Positions 18,159-28,153 of a stretch of 40,191 bases of DNA are shown piece after piece. Within the stretch, counting starts at the first letter, position 1. The number at the start of each line of letters is the position of its first letter. The notes beneath the pieces were generated by a model. The model searched no databases and had not been told where the DNA came from. It was given only the letters and a program-made list of their open reading frames with translations. A program made the position numbers and the translations under genes. The DNA comes from Candidatus Atribacteria bacterium (GTDB taxonomy: Bacteria > Bipolaricaulota > Bipolaricaulia > UBA7950 > UBA9294): contig SPBW01000002.1 of the NCBI GenBank assembly GCA_004525685.1, positions 1 through 40,191 on the forward strand, written 5' to 3'.

Positions 18159-18862
18159 GACACAGCAAGCGCTATTCAAGCGTAGCAACACTTGTCGAAC
18201 CCAAAGCTACCTATGGCCTCGAATCAGCGGTCGCGAAGTTGAAAGAAGGCGCTACTGCGAAATTCGATGAGACGGCCGAAGTGACGTTTGTTCTTGGTAT
18301 CAGGGCGTCGCAGGTTGTCGTTCGGGGCACGTGCAATCTGCCGAATGGAACCGGAAAGACCGTCCGTATCCTCGCGTTTGCGAAAGGTGAAGCCGTCGCA
18401 GAGGCAGAAGCCGCTGGTGCAGACTATGTTGGCGGCGAAGATCTGTCCAAACGGATTCTAGACGGCTGGTTTGAATTCGACAAGGTGGTAGCAACACCCG
18501 ATATGATGCCCGTGGTGGGAAAACTGGGAAAGGTGCTTGGTCCTCGAAACATGATGCCAAGTCCCAAGACCGGGACTGTCACCAAGGACATTGGGCAAGT
18601 GATCTCCGAGCTGAAGGGCGGAATGGTCGAATTCCGCACTGACAAGCAGGGAGTTATCCATACGCTGTTTGGCAAGGCATCGTTTGAGCCGGCCGCACTG
18701 CAGGAAAACTTAACAGAGATCATTCGGAGTGTTGGCGAGCGTCGTCCAGAAGAGGGTGTCCGAGGACGATACGTCCGCAAGGTCTGTATCGCTTCGACAA
18801 TGGGTCCTGGCATTACGTTGGACGCGGCAGAAGTGAATGAAATCGTTGAATCTACGGAGTAG
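18155..18862 (+). CDS. rplA: 50S ribosomal protein L1
   Basis: ATGA overlap with rplK. Has typical L1 sequence ([13 protein letters not shown]...[12 protein letters not shown]...[10 protein letters not shown]). Confidence 0.95.
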   Translation: MRHSKRYSSVATLVEPKATYGLESAVAKLKEGATAKFDETAEVTFVLGIRASQVVVRGTCNLPNGTGKTVRILAFAKGEAVAEAEAAGADYVGGEDLSKRILDGWFEFDKVVATPDMMPVVGKLGKVLGPRNMMPSPKTGTVTKDIGQVISELKGGMVEFRTDKQGVIHTLFGKASFEPAALQENLTEIIRSVGERRPEEGVRGRYVRKVCIASTMGPGITLDAAEVNEIVESTE

Positions 18863-18871
18863 GTGCTCGAG

Positions 18872-19411
18872 ATGCCAACACAAGCAAAGATTGATGAAGT
18901 TGCACGCTTGAAAGAGAAATTCGAGAGCGCTGTATCGCTGGTACTAGCCGACTACCGTGGTGTCAATGCCAACGAAATGGTCGAACTTCGAGAGAAGTTC
19001 TCCAAACTAGGGTTGGAGTATCGAGTCGTCAAGGATACGCTAGCGCGGATTGCGGCTGAACAAGCCGGAATCGAAGGATTGTCCGATCTATTTGAAGGAC
19101 CGATCGGCATTGCCCTGGCCTACGATGACGACCCGGCGATTGCGTTCAAATTGTCTGATGAATGTCGGAAGAAGTATTCCCCGAACTACACGCTGAAGGG
19201 CGGCGTATTTGAGGGAGTTGTCGTACCCGAGGGACAGGTTGCCAAGTACGCGACCCTACCATCACGCGAAGAGCTTCTGACGAAGCTGGCATACCTGCTG
19301 GTAAGTCCGATGCGCATGATGGCGTTTATGTTGCAGGCCAAGATTCGCGAAATGGCCATTGTCCTAAATGAATACAAGAAACAACGCGAGGATCAGAAAG
19401 AGGAGGCCTAA
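18872..19411 (+). CDS. rplJ: 50S ribosomal protein L10
   Basis: The ATG at 18872 lies 9 nt after the rplA stop (the ORF track starts at a GTG at 18863). Has [31 protein letters not shown]. Confidence 0.9.
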   Translation: MPTQAKIDEVARLKEKFESAVSLVLADYRGVNANEMVELREKFSKLGLEYRVVKDTLARIAAEQAGIEGLSDLFEGPIGIALAYDDDPAIAFKLSDECRKKYSPNYTLKGGVFEGVVVPEGQVAKYATLPSREELLTKLAYLLVSPMRMMAFMLQAKIREMAIVLNEYKKQREDQKEEA

Positions 19412-19416
19412 TCATT

Positions 19417-19791
19417 ATGGCAAAAGAAGATATCCTTCAGCAGATTGAGGAATTGTCGGTCAAGGATCTAGCAGAGCTCGTTGAGATGTTTGAAGAGCGA
19501 TTCAACGTTTCAGCAGCAATGGCGGCTCCTGTTGCAGTGGCTGTTTCCCCTTCAGAAGGTGGCGCAGCTGAAGCAGCGAGCGAAACGCTCAAGGTCGTCA
19601 TGACCAGCGCGGGCCAGAAGAAGATCCAAGTGATCAAAGAGATCAAAGAGATCACAGGTAAGGGCCTCAAGGAATGCAAAGACCTCGCCGATAATCTTCC
19701 AGCAGTCATCAAGGAAGGTGTATCCACCGACGAAGCGACGAGCATTAGGGAGAAACTGGAGGCGGCTGGAGCTGAAGTCGAACTGCAGTAG
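19417..19791 (+). CDS. rplL: 50S ribosomal protein L7/L12
   Basis: Has the Ala-rich hinge and a C-terminal domain ([23 protein letters not shown]...[11 protein letters not shown]). Confidence 0.95.
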   Translation: MAKEDILQQIEELSVKDLAELVEMFEERFNVSAAMAAPVAVAVSPSEGGAAEAASETLKVVMTSAGQKKIQVIKEIKEITGKGLKECKDLADNLPAVIKEGVSTDEATSIREKLEAAGAEVELQ

Positions 19792-19830
19792 TTTTGAGGA
19801 TACGCCCTATCAGAAGCTGGTTTTGAACGC

Positions 19831-19872
19831 CTGCCTTGAGGTGCTCGTCACCTTAGGGCAGAGTGTTCTTTT
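19831..19872 (+). terminator. rplL-rpoB intergenic hairpin plus T-rich tract (attenuator-like)
   Basis: The 13-bp stem pairs CTGCCTTGAGGTG (19831..19843) with CACCTTAGGGCAG (19849..19861), including two G-U pairs. The loop is CTCGT, followed by AGTGTTCTTTT. Confidence 0.5.
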
Positions 19873-19884
19873 CAAGGGGTGAAG

Positions 19885-22800
19885 ATGAAGTATCGAGAGA
19901 GAAAGTCATACGGACGGATCCAACAAATCCTTCCCCCGCCCTACTTGCTGGAGGATGTACGCAAGTCCTTTGCCGGCTTTGTAGAGAACGGAATCACGCG
20001 TGCTTTCGCTGAGATCTCTCCGATTGAGGGACACAGAAGAGATGGTCTGGTTCTGGAATTCTACAATCCATTTCTAGGCGAACCTCGCAACACGGAACTG
20101 GAATGCAAGGACAAGGATCTGACGTATTCTCGTCCGCTTCGAGTGACGGCGCGACTGCTCCAAGAAGGCGAGGAGATCCAGGAGACCGAGCTTTACATCG
20201 GCGACTTCCCGATGATGACGGGGCGAGGAACCTTCATCATCAATGGGTCTGAGAATGCCTTGGTTAATGAATTGACGCGTGCTCCAGGCGTCTACATCAC
20301 GCAAGAGGATACGCAGCAGTACAAAGGACACATCCTGCCTGAGATGGGGGCATGGCTTGAAATTGTGCTCGATACCAAGCGTTCGACGCTGCGAGCGCAC
20401 CTAGATCGCAAGGCCAAGGTTCCAGCGACCACGTTGCTGAAAGCTCTCGGCTTTGATGTGCCTCGGCTCCGCAACTATTTCGGGTTTGACGTGGCTCCGG
20501 TTACTGCCGCACAGCTCAGACGATACGTGGGGCATCTTGTTGCTCATGACGTAGACACTGGCGGCGAGGAACCACTGCTGTTGGCGGGACAAACACTTCA
20601 AGAAGAGCACCTGCCTGTGCTAGAGAAGGCTAAGCTCAAGTCGCTGCGATTGGTCAATCGACACATTCAGCATTCGTTGGAAGAGGATCAGACGACGACT
20701 CAGGAAGAGGCACTTCGGGCCGTCTATCGTCGATTGCGGCCCTCAGACCGCTCGTCGCCAGCCCAGATGGGCGAGTATATCGAGCATCTGTACTTCCATC
20801 CGACCAGCTATCAGCTATCCGAGGTGGGACGGTTCAAAGTCAATCGAAAGCTGGGCCTGCAACTCAAACAGCCTGCCCTCTACTTGGCGGACATTGTCCG
20901 TACCATTCGACTTCTGCTCGAAGTGCCTACCAATGACGCATTGCTTGACGAGAAGGATCACTTGGCCAACAAGCGTGTCCGGCTGCCAGGCGAATTGGCT
21001 GAGAATGCGATTCGAACTGGTCTGGTGCGCATGGCGAGAATTGCACGAGACAAGCTCTCGAAGTACGCGTTGGAAGAGAAAGACACGATTCGGCGCATCA
21101 TCTCGACGCGAACGGTCCAAGGTGCGATCAATCAGCTGTTCTATACTGGCAGATTCTCGCAATTCCTTGAGCAGACGAATCCGCTCACAGAACTCACGCA
21201 CAAGCGTCGGTTGAACGCCCTTGGAGGCGGCCTAACCAAGAGACGCGCCAAGATTGAAGTTCGTGACGTGCACTCGTCGCATTATGCGCGCATTTGCCCC
21301 ATTGAGACTCCCGAAGGCCAAAACATCGGACTCATAACGTCACTGGCATGTTATGCCAGCGTTAACGAGTTTGGATTCCTTGTTGCCCCGTACCGCAAGG
21401 TCGTCAAGGGCAAGGTGACGGATCAGATCGACTACCTGATGGCTGACGACGAGGAGAGATTGAAGCTTGCTCCTGCGACAACGCCCATGGGGAAGGATGG
21501 GAAGCTCTTAGGCGAGCGTGTCGAGGTTCGTACGGGACGTGAAGAAGTTCATCTCGTTCCTCCGATCGAGGTCGACTACATCGGCGTCTCGCCACAAGCG
21601 TTGGTTGGCATCTCCTCAGCGCTTATCCCCTTCCTTGAGCATGATGATTCCAACCGAGCTCTCATGGGAGCAAACATGCAGCGCCAATCCGTGCCATTGC
21701 TTCGGCCTGAAGCGCCGCTTGTGGGCACGGGTCTTGAACGCCAAGCTGCCATGGATTCGGGCATGTTGCTCGTTTCAGAAGACGAGGGTGAAGTTGAGTC
21801 CGCTGATGCGCGAGAGATCGTCATCAAGAAGGGGCGAAAGAGGTTCAGCTACCCGCTTGTTAACTTTGAGCGCTCCAATCAGGACACGATTCTGCATCAG
21901 CGTCCCGTTGTTTACGAAGGTGACAAGATCGGCGTGGGAACCCTACTGGCTGATGGACCCTCGAGCGATTTTGGTGAGTTGGCTTTGGGGCGCAATCTTC
22001 TCGTTGCGTTTATGCCTTTTGAGGGCTACAACTACGAAGACGCTATCGTCATCTCAGATCGATTGGTACGAGAGAACCTACTCGACTCTGTGCATATCGA
22101 AGAATTCGAGGTCAAGGCGGAGGAAACGAAGCTAGGACCAGAAGAGATCACGGCTGACATCCCCAACATCTCTCAAGAAGACCTCAGGAACCTGGACGAG
22201 TTTGGCATTGTCCGTGAGGGAACCGTCATCCGTACCGGAGACATTCTGGTGGGGAAGATCACACCACGCGGCGAGTCTGAGCCGACGCCTGAAGAGAAGA
22301 TCTTCCGATCCATCTTCGGCGAGCGAGCGAGGAACGTACGCAACACATCGTTGCGTATGCATCCCGTCGCCGGTACGGCCAAGGTCATCAAGGTGAAGAA
22401 GTTCTCTCGCGATCAAGGCGATGAACTGGACGCCGGCGTCAATCAGCTGGTGAAGGTATTTGTTGCACAGCGCAAGACGATTTCCATTGGTGACAAGCTG
22501 GCTGGGCGTCATGGGAACAAGGGCGTTATCTCAACGATCCGGCCGATGGCTGAAATGCCATTCCTTCCTGATGGAACGCCGGTTGACGTTGTCCTCAATC
22601 CGATGGGTGTCCCTTCTCGTATGAATCTTGGTCAGATCTTTGAGGCCAATCTCGGCTGGTTAACCCATCTCAAGGGTGAGTTGGCAGCGACACCCATTTT
22701 CGATGGAGCCCAAGAAGAGGAAATCATGACTGGGCTTCATGATGAGCGGGAGAAGGCCGGTTTGGGAGAAGGCGACGACTATGATGGCAAGGTCGTTCTT

Positions 22801-23217
22801 CGAGACGGTCGGACCGGCAAGCCGTTTGCGCGGCCGATTACTGTGGGATACATGTATATTCTCAAGCTGGAGCACATTGCTGACGAGAAGATCCATGCTC
22901 GTTCCACTGGACCCTATGCCCTGATCACTCAGCAACCGCTGGGTGGGAAGGCGCAGTTTGGTGGACAGCGTCTCGGCGAGATGGAAGTGTGGGCTCTAGA
23001 AGCCTACGGAGCTTCCGCTCTGTTGCAGGAGATGCTGACAGTGAAGTCTGATGACACGCGCGGACGCATCCAGCTGTACAAGGCGATCCTCAAGGGCGAG
23101 GAATTCCCATTGCCAGGGATTCCTGAATCCTTCAAGGTCCTTCTGCGCGAACTGCGCAGTCTGGGCCTCTACCCGCGCTTGTACGACAAGAACGATCATG
23201 AGATCGACATCGTCTAG
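19885..23217 (+). CDS. rpoB: DNA-directed RNA polymerase subunit beta
   Basis: The ATG at 19885 follows AAGGGGTGA (an alternative GTG lies at 19879). Length is about 1110 aa. Canonical beta motifs are present (GDKLAGRHGNKGV; NPMGVPSRMNLGQ; FGGQRLGEMEVWALEAYGA). Confidence 0.95.
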   Translation: MKYRERKSYGRIQQILPPPYLLEDVRKSFAGFVENGITRAFAEISPIEGHRRDGLVLEFYNPFLGEPRNTELECKDKDLTYSRPLRVTARLLQEGEEIQETELYIGDFPMMTGRGTFIINGSENALVNELTRAPGVYITQEDTQQYKGHILPEMGAWLEIVLDTKRSTLRAHLDRKAKVPATTLLKALGFDVPRLRNYFGFDVAPVTAAQLRRYVGHLVAHDVDTGGEEPLLLAGQTLQEEHLPVLEKAKLKSLRLVNRHIQHSLEEDQTTTQEEALRAVYRRLRPSDRSSPAQMGEYIEHLYFHPTSYQLSEVGRFKVNRKLGLQLKQPALYLADIVRTIRLLLEVPTNDALLDEKDHLANKRVRLPGELAENAIRTGLVRMARIARDKLSKYALEEKDTIRRIISTRTVQGAINQLFYTGRFSQFLEQTNPLTELTHKRRLNALGGGLTKRRAKIEVRDVHSSHYARICPIETPEGQNIGLITSLACYASVNEFGFLVAPYRKVVKGKVTDQIDYLMADDEERLKLAPATTPMGKDGKLLGERVEVRTGREEVHLVPPIEVDYIGVSPQALVGISSALIPFLEHDDSNRALMGANMQRQSVPLLRPEAPLVGTGLERQAAMDSGMLLVSEDEGEVESADAREIVIKKGRKRFSYPLVNFERSNQDTILHQRPVVYEGDKIGVGTLLADGPSSDFGELALGRNLLVAFMPFEGYNYEDAIVISDRLVRENLLDSVHIEEFEVKAEETKLGPEEITADIPNISQEDLRNLDEFGIVREGTVIRTGDILVGKITPRGESEPTPEEKIFRSIFGERARNVRNTSLRMHPVAGTAKVIKVKKFSRDQGDELDAGVNQLVKVFVAQRKTISIGDKLAGRHGNKGVISTIRPMAEMPFLPDGTPVDVVLNPMGVPSRMNLGQIFEANLGWLTHLKGELAATPIFDGAQEEEIMTGLHDEREKAGLGEGDDYDGKVVLRDGRTGKPFARPITVGYMYILKLEHIADEKIHARSTGPYALITQQPLGGKAQFGGQRLGEMEVWALEAYGASALLQEMLTVKSDDTRGRIQLYKAILKGEEFPLPGIPESFKVLLRELRSLGLYPRLYDKNDHEIDIV

Positions 23218-23695
23218 CGAGACTGAAGAGGGCGAAGAACGCGCAGCGGGCTTCGTCCTCTTTCGTACGATCCAGGCACATCATCAGTTTCTGCTTCTTC
23301 ACCACCGACGCGGAGGACACTGGGCTTTCCCAAAAGGACGGCTTGAACCTGGAGAGGAAGAACTTGCGGCTGCTCTGCGTGAAATCTCCGAAGAGACAAG
23401 CGTTGATCAGCTTCATCCTATCCCCGGGTTTCGTGAGACGAGCAGCTATCGCATACAGAGAAACGGTCACCAGATCGGTAAGACGGTCACCTATTTCCTT
23501 GCGGAGACGAGTGAGCCTGATGTGTCCTTGTCAGCTGAGCATACGGACTTCCAGTGGCTAGGGTTTGAGGATGCAATGATCTTGTTGACCCATAATGAGA
23601 GTCGACGCATCCTCGGCACCGCGCGTCTGTTCCTCGATGAGCGAACAGGCCGATGTGAACAGGGCGTCCCTCAGGTGTATCCTTCCAGCGAGTGA
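23198..23695 (+). CDS. Nudix hydrolase (Ap4A-hydrolase-like)
   Basis: Has a Nudix box (GHWAFPKGRLEPGEEELAAALREISEETS). The only ATG in frame (23198) lies inside the last 20 nt of rpoB. No clear SD, so the start is uncertain. Confidence 0.7.
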   Translation: MRSTSSSETEEGEERAAGFVLFRTIQAHHQFLLLHHRRGGHWAFPKGRLEPGEEELAAALREISEETSVDQLHPIPGFRETSSYRIQRNGHQIGKTVTYFLAETSEPDVSLSAEHTDFQWLGFEDAMILLTHNESRRILGTARLFLDERTGRCEQGVPQVYPSSE

Positions 23696-23707
23696 AAGCG
23701 AGGGATC

Positions 23708-24070
23708 ATGGAAAACGCGGCAGAATACTCAAGGCGACGAGAAACACTTAATGAGCTTGTCCTGTCTCAGGCAGATCTTCCGATGAAACGATTCTTCGCA
23801 GTCGATCACGACATGTACAGCGAAGGTGCTTTGCCCAAGAAGATGAAAGAGTTGATGGGGCTGGTGGCATCAACGGTTCTTCGCTGCAATGACTGCATCA
23901 GCTATCACCTCATCGAGTCAACAAAAGAGGGTGCAACGCACGAGGAGATCGTCGACGCATTGGGCATCGCGTTGGTCGCAGGCGGATCGATTACGATACC
24001 GCACCTAAGGCATGCAATGGCATTCATGGACACGATTGAGCATCCGGGCGCGGCACCAGCAGAGTCGTAG
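23708..24070 (+). CDS. carboxymuconolactone decarboxylase / AhpD-like family protein
   Basis: 120 aa, with a CxxC-type motif ([11 protein letters not shown]). SD GAGGGA upstream. Confidence 0.7.
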   Translation: MENAAEYSRRRETLNELVLSQADLPMKRFFAVDHDMYSEGALPKKMKELMGLVASTVLRCNDCISYHLIESTKEGATHEEIVDALGIALVAGGSITIPHLRHAMAFMDTIEHPGAAPAES

Positions 24071-24104
24071 GCCTGATCATGTGCACGATGAGCAAGGAGG
24101 AACG

Positions 24105-25280
24105 ATGGCGAAATGGGCATTCATAGAACAGGCTCTGGCGGACCTTCGAGACAAGGGCCTCTACAACACGATTCGGACTATCGAGGGCCCGATGGGCGCG
24201 TGGGTTTCCATTGAGGGCAAGCCGCGACTCAACCTTTGCTCGAACAACTACTTAGGCTTTGCCAACGACCCTCGCCTCACCAAGGCCGCCATCGCTGCCA
24301 TCGAGCAGTACGGCGTTGGCCCAGGTGCAGTTCGATCGATTGCAGGAACGATGTCGCTTCATCTGGAGCTTGAAACTGCGATCGCGCGCTTCAAGGGTAC
24401 AGAAGCTGCCTTGTCAGTCCAGTCGGGCCTAAACACCAATCTTGCCGTCATTCCGCTGTTGATGGGCAAGGATGACGTCCTGTTCACGGACGAACTGAAT
24501 CACGCATCGATCATCGATGGAGTGCGCCTCACCAAAGCCAAGCGGGAGATCTTCCCCCATCGCGACGTGGAGACGCTGGCACTGCAGTTGGAGGCGAACA
24601 GGGACATCGCCAAGAAGCTCATCATCACAGATGGTGTGTTCTCCATGGACGGAGACTTGGCTCCATTGCCAGCGATCGTCGAGCTCGCGGAACAGTACGA
24701 TGCGATGGTCATGGTGGATGATGCCCATGGCGAAGGCGTCCTTGGGCGCCACGGACGTGGTATCGCCGATCATTTTGGGCTGCACGGCCGTGTGGACATC
24801 GAGTGTGGCACGATGTCCAAGGCATTTGGTGTCATGGGCGGATATATTGCCGGCAAGGCAGAGCTTATCGAGTATCTGAGACAGCGAGCTCGCCCGTTCT
24901 TGTTCTCATCTGCAGCCACGCCTCCCGACGTCGCGGCATGCATTGCAGCCATCGAGATCCTAGAAGCGTCTGACGAGCCGGTGCGCAAGCTCTGGGAGAA
25001 CGCAAAGTACTTCACAGCCAAGCTTCAGGCATTGGGATTTGACTGTGGTCATAGCGAGACGCCGATCACGCCGGTGATGCTAGGAGAGGCGAAAACGGCT
25101 TGGGCATTCTCGAAACGGTTGTTCGAAGAAGACATCTTCGCGACAGCGATTGCCTTCCCGACTGTACCTCGTGGGGCAGCGCGCATACGTGCCATGCTGT
25201 CAGCTGCGCACAGTCGAGAAGATCTGGATCTTGCCATCGGTAAATTCGCCCTCGTGGGCCAAGAACTGGGAGTGATCTAA
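24105..25280 (+). CDS. kbl: glycine C-acetyltransferase (2-amino-3-ketobutyrate CoA ligase)
   Basis: The ATG at 24105 follows AAGGAGG. Close by eye to E. coli Kbl throughout ([43 protein letters not shown], ends GQELGVI). Confidence 0.8.
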   Translation: MAKWAFIEQALADLRDKGLYNTIRTIEGPMGAWVSIEGKPRLNLCSNNYLGFANDPRLTKAAIAAIEQYGVGPGAVRSIAGTMSLHLELETAIARFKGTEAALSVQSGLNTNLAVIPLLMGKDDVLFTDELNHASIIDGVRLTKAKREIFPHRDVETLALQLEANRDIAKKLIITDGVFSMDGDLAPLPAIVELAEQYDAMVMVDDAHGEGVLGRHGRGIADHFGLHGRVDIECGTMSKAFGVMGGYIAGKAELIEYLRQRARPFLFSSAATPPDVAACIAAIEILEASDEPVRKLWENAKYFTAKLQALGFDCGHSETPITPVMLGEAKTAWAFSKRLFEEDIFATAIAFPTVPRGAARIRAMLSAAHSREDLDLAIGKFALVGQELGVI

Positions 25281-25658
25281 GTGACGAAATTAGCGTTGCA
25301 GACTGAGCATGCACCGGCTGCCGTAGGGCCGTATTCTCAAGGGATCTCTGCGGGTCGCCTTGTGTTCACGTCAGGCCAGCTGCCGATGAAGAATGGCGCA
25401 CTGATTGACGATGACGTGGCTGCTGCGGCCCGTGCTTCACTAGAGAACGTCGAAGCAATCCTGGAAGCAGGACATGCCACGCTTGCGGACGTAGTGAAGG
25501 TGACGATCTTCCTGCGCGACATGAATGACTTTGCGGCGGTCAACGCCGTCTATGGGGAGTTCTTCCCGAAACCGTTTCCCGCGCGCTCGTGCATCGAGGT
25601 CGCCGGGCTGCCACTGAACGCTGTGCTGGAAATCGAAGCGCTGGCGTATATTCAGTAG
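25281..25658 (+). CDS. ridA: RidA (YjgF/L-PSP) family reactive-intermediate deaminase
   Basis: A GTG start sits immediately after the kbl stop, with SD GGGAGTGA. Has AVGPYSQG...GQLP...ARSCIEVAGLPLNAVLEIE. Confidence 0.85.
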   Translation: MTKLALQTEHAPAAVGPYSQGISAGRLVFTSGQLPMKNGALIDDDVAAAARASLENVEAILEAGHATLADVVKVTIFLRDMNDFAAVNAVYGEFFPKPFPARSCIEVAGLPLNAVLEIEALAYIQ

Positions 25659-25682
25659 ACTTGGCAAAGAAGGCGAAACGGC

Positions 25683-26729
25683 ATGGGGAGACCGGGCTTC
25701 TTTGATGCCCATTGTGATACGGTGATGAAGGTCCTCGACGGCGGAGAGCAGTTTCTCCTCCCCGAGGGGTCCAAACACGTCTCATTCCCGGGCATGGTTG
25801 CAGCAGATATTCGCGTGCAGGTGTTCGCCTGTTACGTACTGAGTGCCCATTTCCCAGGGAGAGAGTACGAGAGAGCGTGTCAGATGATTGGTGCAGTGAA
25901 GGAAATGGCACGCTCCACTCAGGGGGCGCTCCAGATCGCCCTGTCCGGTGATGAACTCGTGCAGGCATTCAACGGTGGACCGCGCGCAGGCATCCTCAGC
26001 TTGGAGGGAGCCGATCCTCTCGGAGATAGGGCTGAAACAATCCGTGAGTTCTACGGACAAGGCATACGGAGTCTTATCTTTGCCTGGCAAGACAACGCCT
26101 TCTCGGGAACGGCCTTTGGTAGCAACACGCCATTGACGAAGCAGGGAAGACGGCTACTTGGGCTATGCGAAGAGCTGGGCATCGTGGTGGACGTCTCGCA
26201 TCTCTCAGACTTGGCATTCGAAGAGGTAGCGCAGTTGTCGGACGCACCGTTTGTCGCAACGCACTCCAATTGTCGAGCCCTGTGTCCAAGCCCTCGCAAT
26301 CTGACCGATGACATGATTCGTACGCTGGCAGATCAAGGCGGCGTGATCGGAATTAATTTGGCACCTGCATTTCTTGATCCTGCCTACTATGGAGAGGCCT
26401 CCACTTTGTTTGAGAAGACGCTGCAGAAGAATCTTGCAGACGCAGAGAAGGATCGTGCGCGAATCCAGATGCGAGCGATTCCGCGTCCTTCGATCAACTG
26501 GATCGCCCGCCACACTCTCCATGCCATGAATGTGGGAGGAGAGGACTGCATCGGTTTTGGAGGCGATTTGGACGGTATCACGCAGACGCCTGAAGGCATC
26601 GACAGCGTGACAGACTATGCGAAGTTCGTCCCATTGCTTGGCGAGGCGGGGCTATCAGACAAGCAGATTGAGAAGGTCTGCTACCGAAATTTCTTGCGTG
26701 TGTTCTCCACAGTATTAGCGACTGGGTAG
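25683..26729 (+). CDS. membrane-dipeptidase family (peptidase M19) protein
   Basis: Has FFDAHCDTV, VDVSHLSD, ATHSNCRAL and GGDLDG motifs. Confidence 0.8.
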   Translation: MGRPGFFDAHCDTVMKVLDGGEQFLLPEGSKHVSFPGMVAADIRVQVFACYVLSAHFPGREYERACQMIGAVKEMARSTQGALQIALSGDELVQAFNGGPRAGILSLEGADPLGDRAETIREFYGQGIRSLIFAWQDNAFSGTAFGSNTPLTKQGRRLLGLCEELGIVVDVSHLSDLAFEEVAQLSDAPFVATHSNCRALCPSPRNLTDDMIRTLADQGGVIGINLAPAFLDPAYYGEASTLFEKTLQKNLADAEKDRARIQMRAIPRPSINWIARHTLHAMNVGGEDCIGFGGDLDGITQTPEGIDSVTDYAKFVPLLGEAGLSDKQIEKVCYRNFLRVFSTVLATG

Positions 26730-28022
26730 CCGCGTTCGCCAAAGAGCATACAGCGAAGCCAACGCACAGCGATAGCGTTCGGAGAGAATGTCCAAGTCCT
26801 TTGATTCCGGTTCGTTATCCATGGTGGCATAGGGAATCTCAAGTTCGCCGATGCGCATGAGACCGACGGGCCCCGATGTGAGTGAGGGCCAATCATCAGT
26901 ACCGTAGGTGCGCTCCATCTCCTCTCGAGGCACAGAATGGGTCAGGATTCCTCCGCGCGCCTTCTCGTCGTAGCGTGCGATGTTGCGCCGCCACGATTCT
27001 TCGAACGAGACAGAGACATACAGCGCAGCCGCCCGGCGCAGGATGGAAGGGGAAAGGCGACGAAGCGCTTGGAGGTAGCCATCGTGTCCGCCTCGAGAGA
27101 ACTCAACGATCAAGGTCCTGCGTCCCTCTGGCTGCGAAGCCTTCTCGATAACGAGTTGGTTGATCCGCTCAATCAAGAATCCCCACACAGAATCATCTGC
27201 CACGGCGTAGTTGCCTTCGCGGCGCTTGGAGACCCAGCGTTCACGGCCGACGGACTCCCACACATCGTCTTGTTGGAAGAGATTCCAGAGAATCGGAAAA
27301 TCATCGATGATCTGGAAGGGGGCAATGAAGAATTCGCGAAGTCGATGATCGGATGAGATGTGGGTCATGAAGTCGATGAATTCCGATTTGCCACTTGCTG
27401 GGCGCCCCAGCAAGAGCAGCACATCAAACGCCTCCTCATTGGAGACACTCGGTGTGTGGTAGCCCAATTCCAAGAGCGTTTCTACGTCTGCGAGGAGTTC
27501 GTTGGCGGGGCAATCCGCATTGACGCGCAGAAGCGGCACATCGACAGATTCATGCCACCGATCAAGCTCAGCGAGCATCTTGCCCAGAGCTTGTCCATGA
27601 ATGTCGAACTGGGCAGTCCCTCGTGCGAGCTGTCGATCTATCGACTCTGCAACGGGTATCTCCATGCGCACGTAGGCGTCTGGCGTCGGGAGCTCATGAG
27701 AGAGCGCAGGATACAGCTCAAGGAAACCTCGATCTCCCAATGCTGCGGAGTAGGCGTAATGGACGCCGAGGTGAGACTCCTCAAGACAGAGGTACCCCTG
27801 ATTCATGATGTCTTGAATCTCGCGCCGCCGAGCGGGAAGCGCCTTGCGGATTGCCTCTGTGAGCCGGGAGCGTTCCGCAAACAGATCGATCCCTTCGTTC
27901 AGAACGAGAGTCTTCACCAATTCTGGAAGAATCCGCACTTGACGTGGATAGAACCGAGCCAAGAGCTCCAGTGTTTCGCTCTTCCCTACTGCAGGCAAGC
28001 CTTCAACGACGACATAGTTCAT
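26715..28022 (-). CDS. two-P-loop kinase-like protein (dNK-like N-domain plus PFK2-kinase-like C-domain), function unknown
   Basis: The ATG at 28022 follows GAGGTG (the ORF extends to 28103). Walker A #1 is VVVEGLPAVGKSE followed by RILPE. Walker A #2 is LLLLGRPASGKSEF. Its 3' end overlaps the convergent dipeptidase gene by 15 nt. Confidence 0.6.
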   Translation of the reverse strand: MNYVVVEGLPAVGKSETLELLARFYPRQVRILPELVKTLVLNEGIDLFAERSRLTEAIRKALPARRREIQDIMNQGYLCLEESHLGVHYAYSAALGDRGFLELYPALSHELPTPDAYVRMEIPVAESIDRQLARGTAQFDIHGQALGKMLAELDRWHESVDVPLLRVNADCPANELLADVETLLELGYHTPSVSNEEAFDVLLLLGRPASGKSEFIDFMTHISSDHRLREFFIAPFQIIDDFPILWNLFQQDDVWESVGRERWVSKRREGNYAVADDSVWGFLIERINQLVIEKASQPEGRRTLIVEFSRGGHDGYLQALRRLSPSILRRAAALYVSVSFEESWRRNIARYDEKARGGILTHSVPREEMERTYGTDDWPSLTSGPVGLMRIGELEIPYATMDNEPESKDLDILSERYRCALASLYALWRTRLPSR

Positions 28023-28119
28023 CTGACACCTCGTATGCGATTCTACCCTGCAGCAAGCGAGCATGACCAGTCCTAGCGCAGATATGCAGAACATTCCTCG
28101 CACTTCTTGCTCGCTCTTG

Positions 28120-28125
28120 TATAAT
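28120..28125 (+). promoter_or_regulatory. candidate -10 hexamer TATAAT upstream of topA
   Basis: Consensus hexamer preceded by TG. No good -35 at 16-18 nt. It overlaps the first ATG of the ORF (28124). Confidence 0.25.
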
Positions 28126-28153
28126 GGGCCACCACGAAAAGGAGCCTACTGAA

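Noticed and set aside
27360-28076. 238-aa plus-strand ORF opposite the two-P-loop gene
   Set aside because: The minus-strand frame carries both Walker A motifs and an SD-preceded ATG. The plus-strand translation has no family features.
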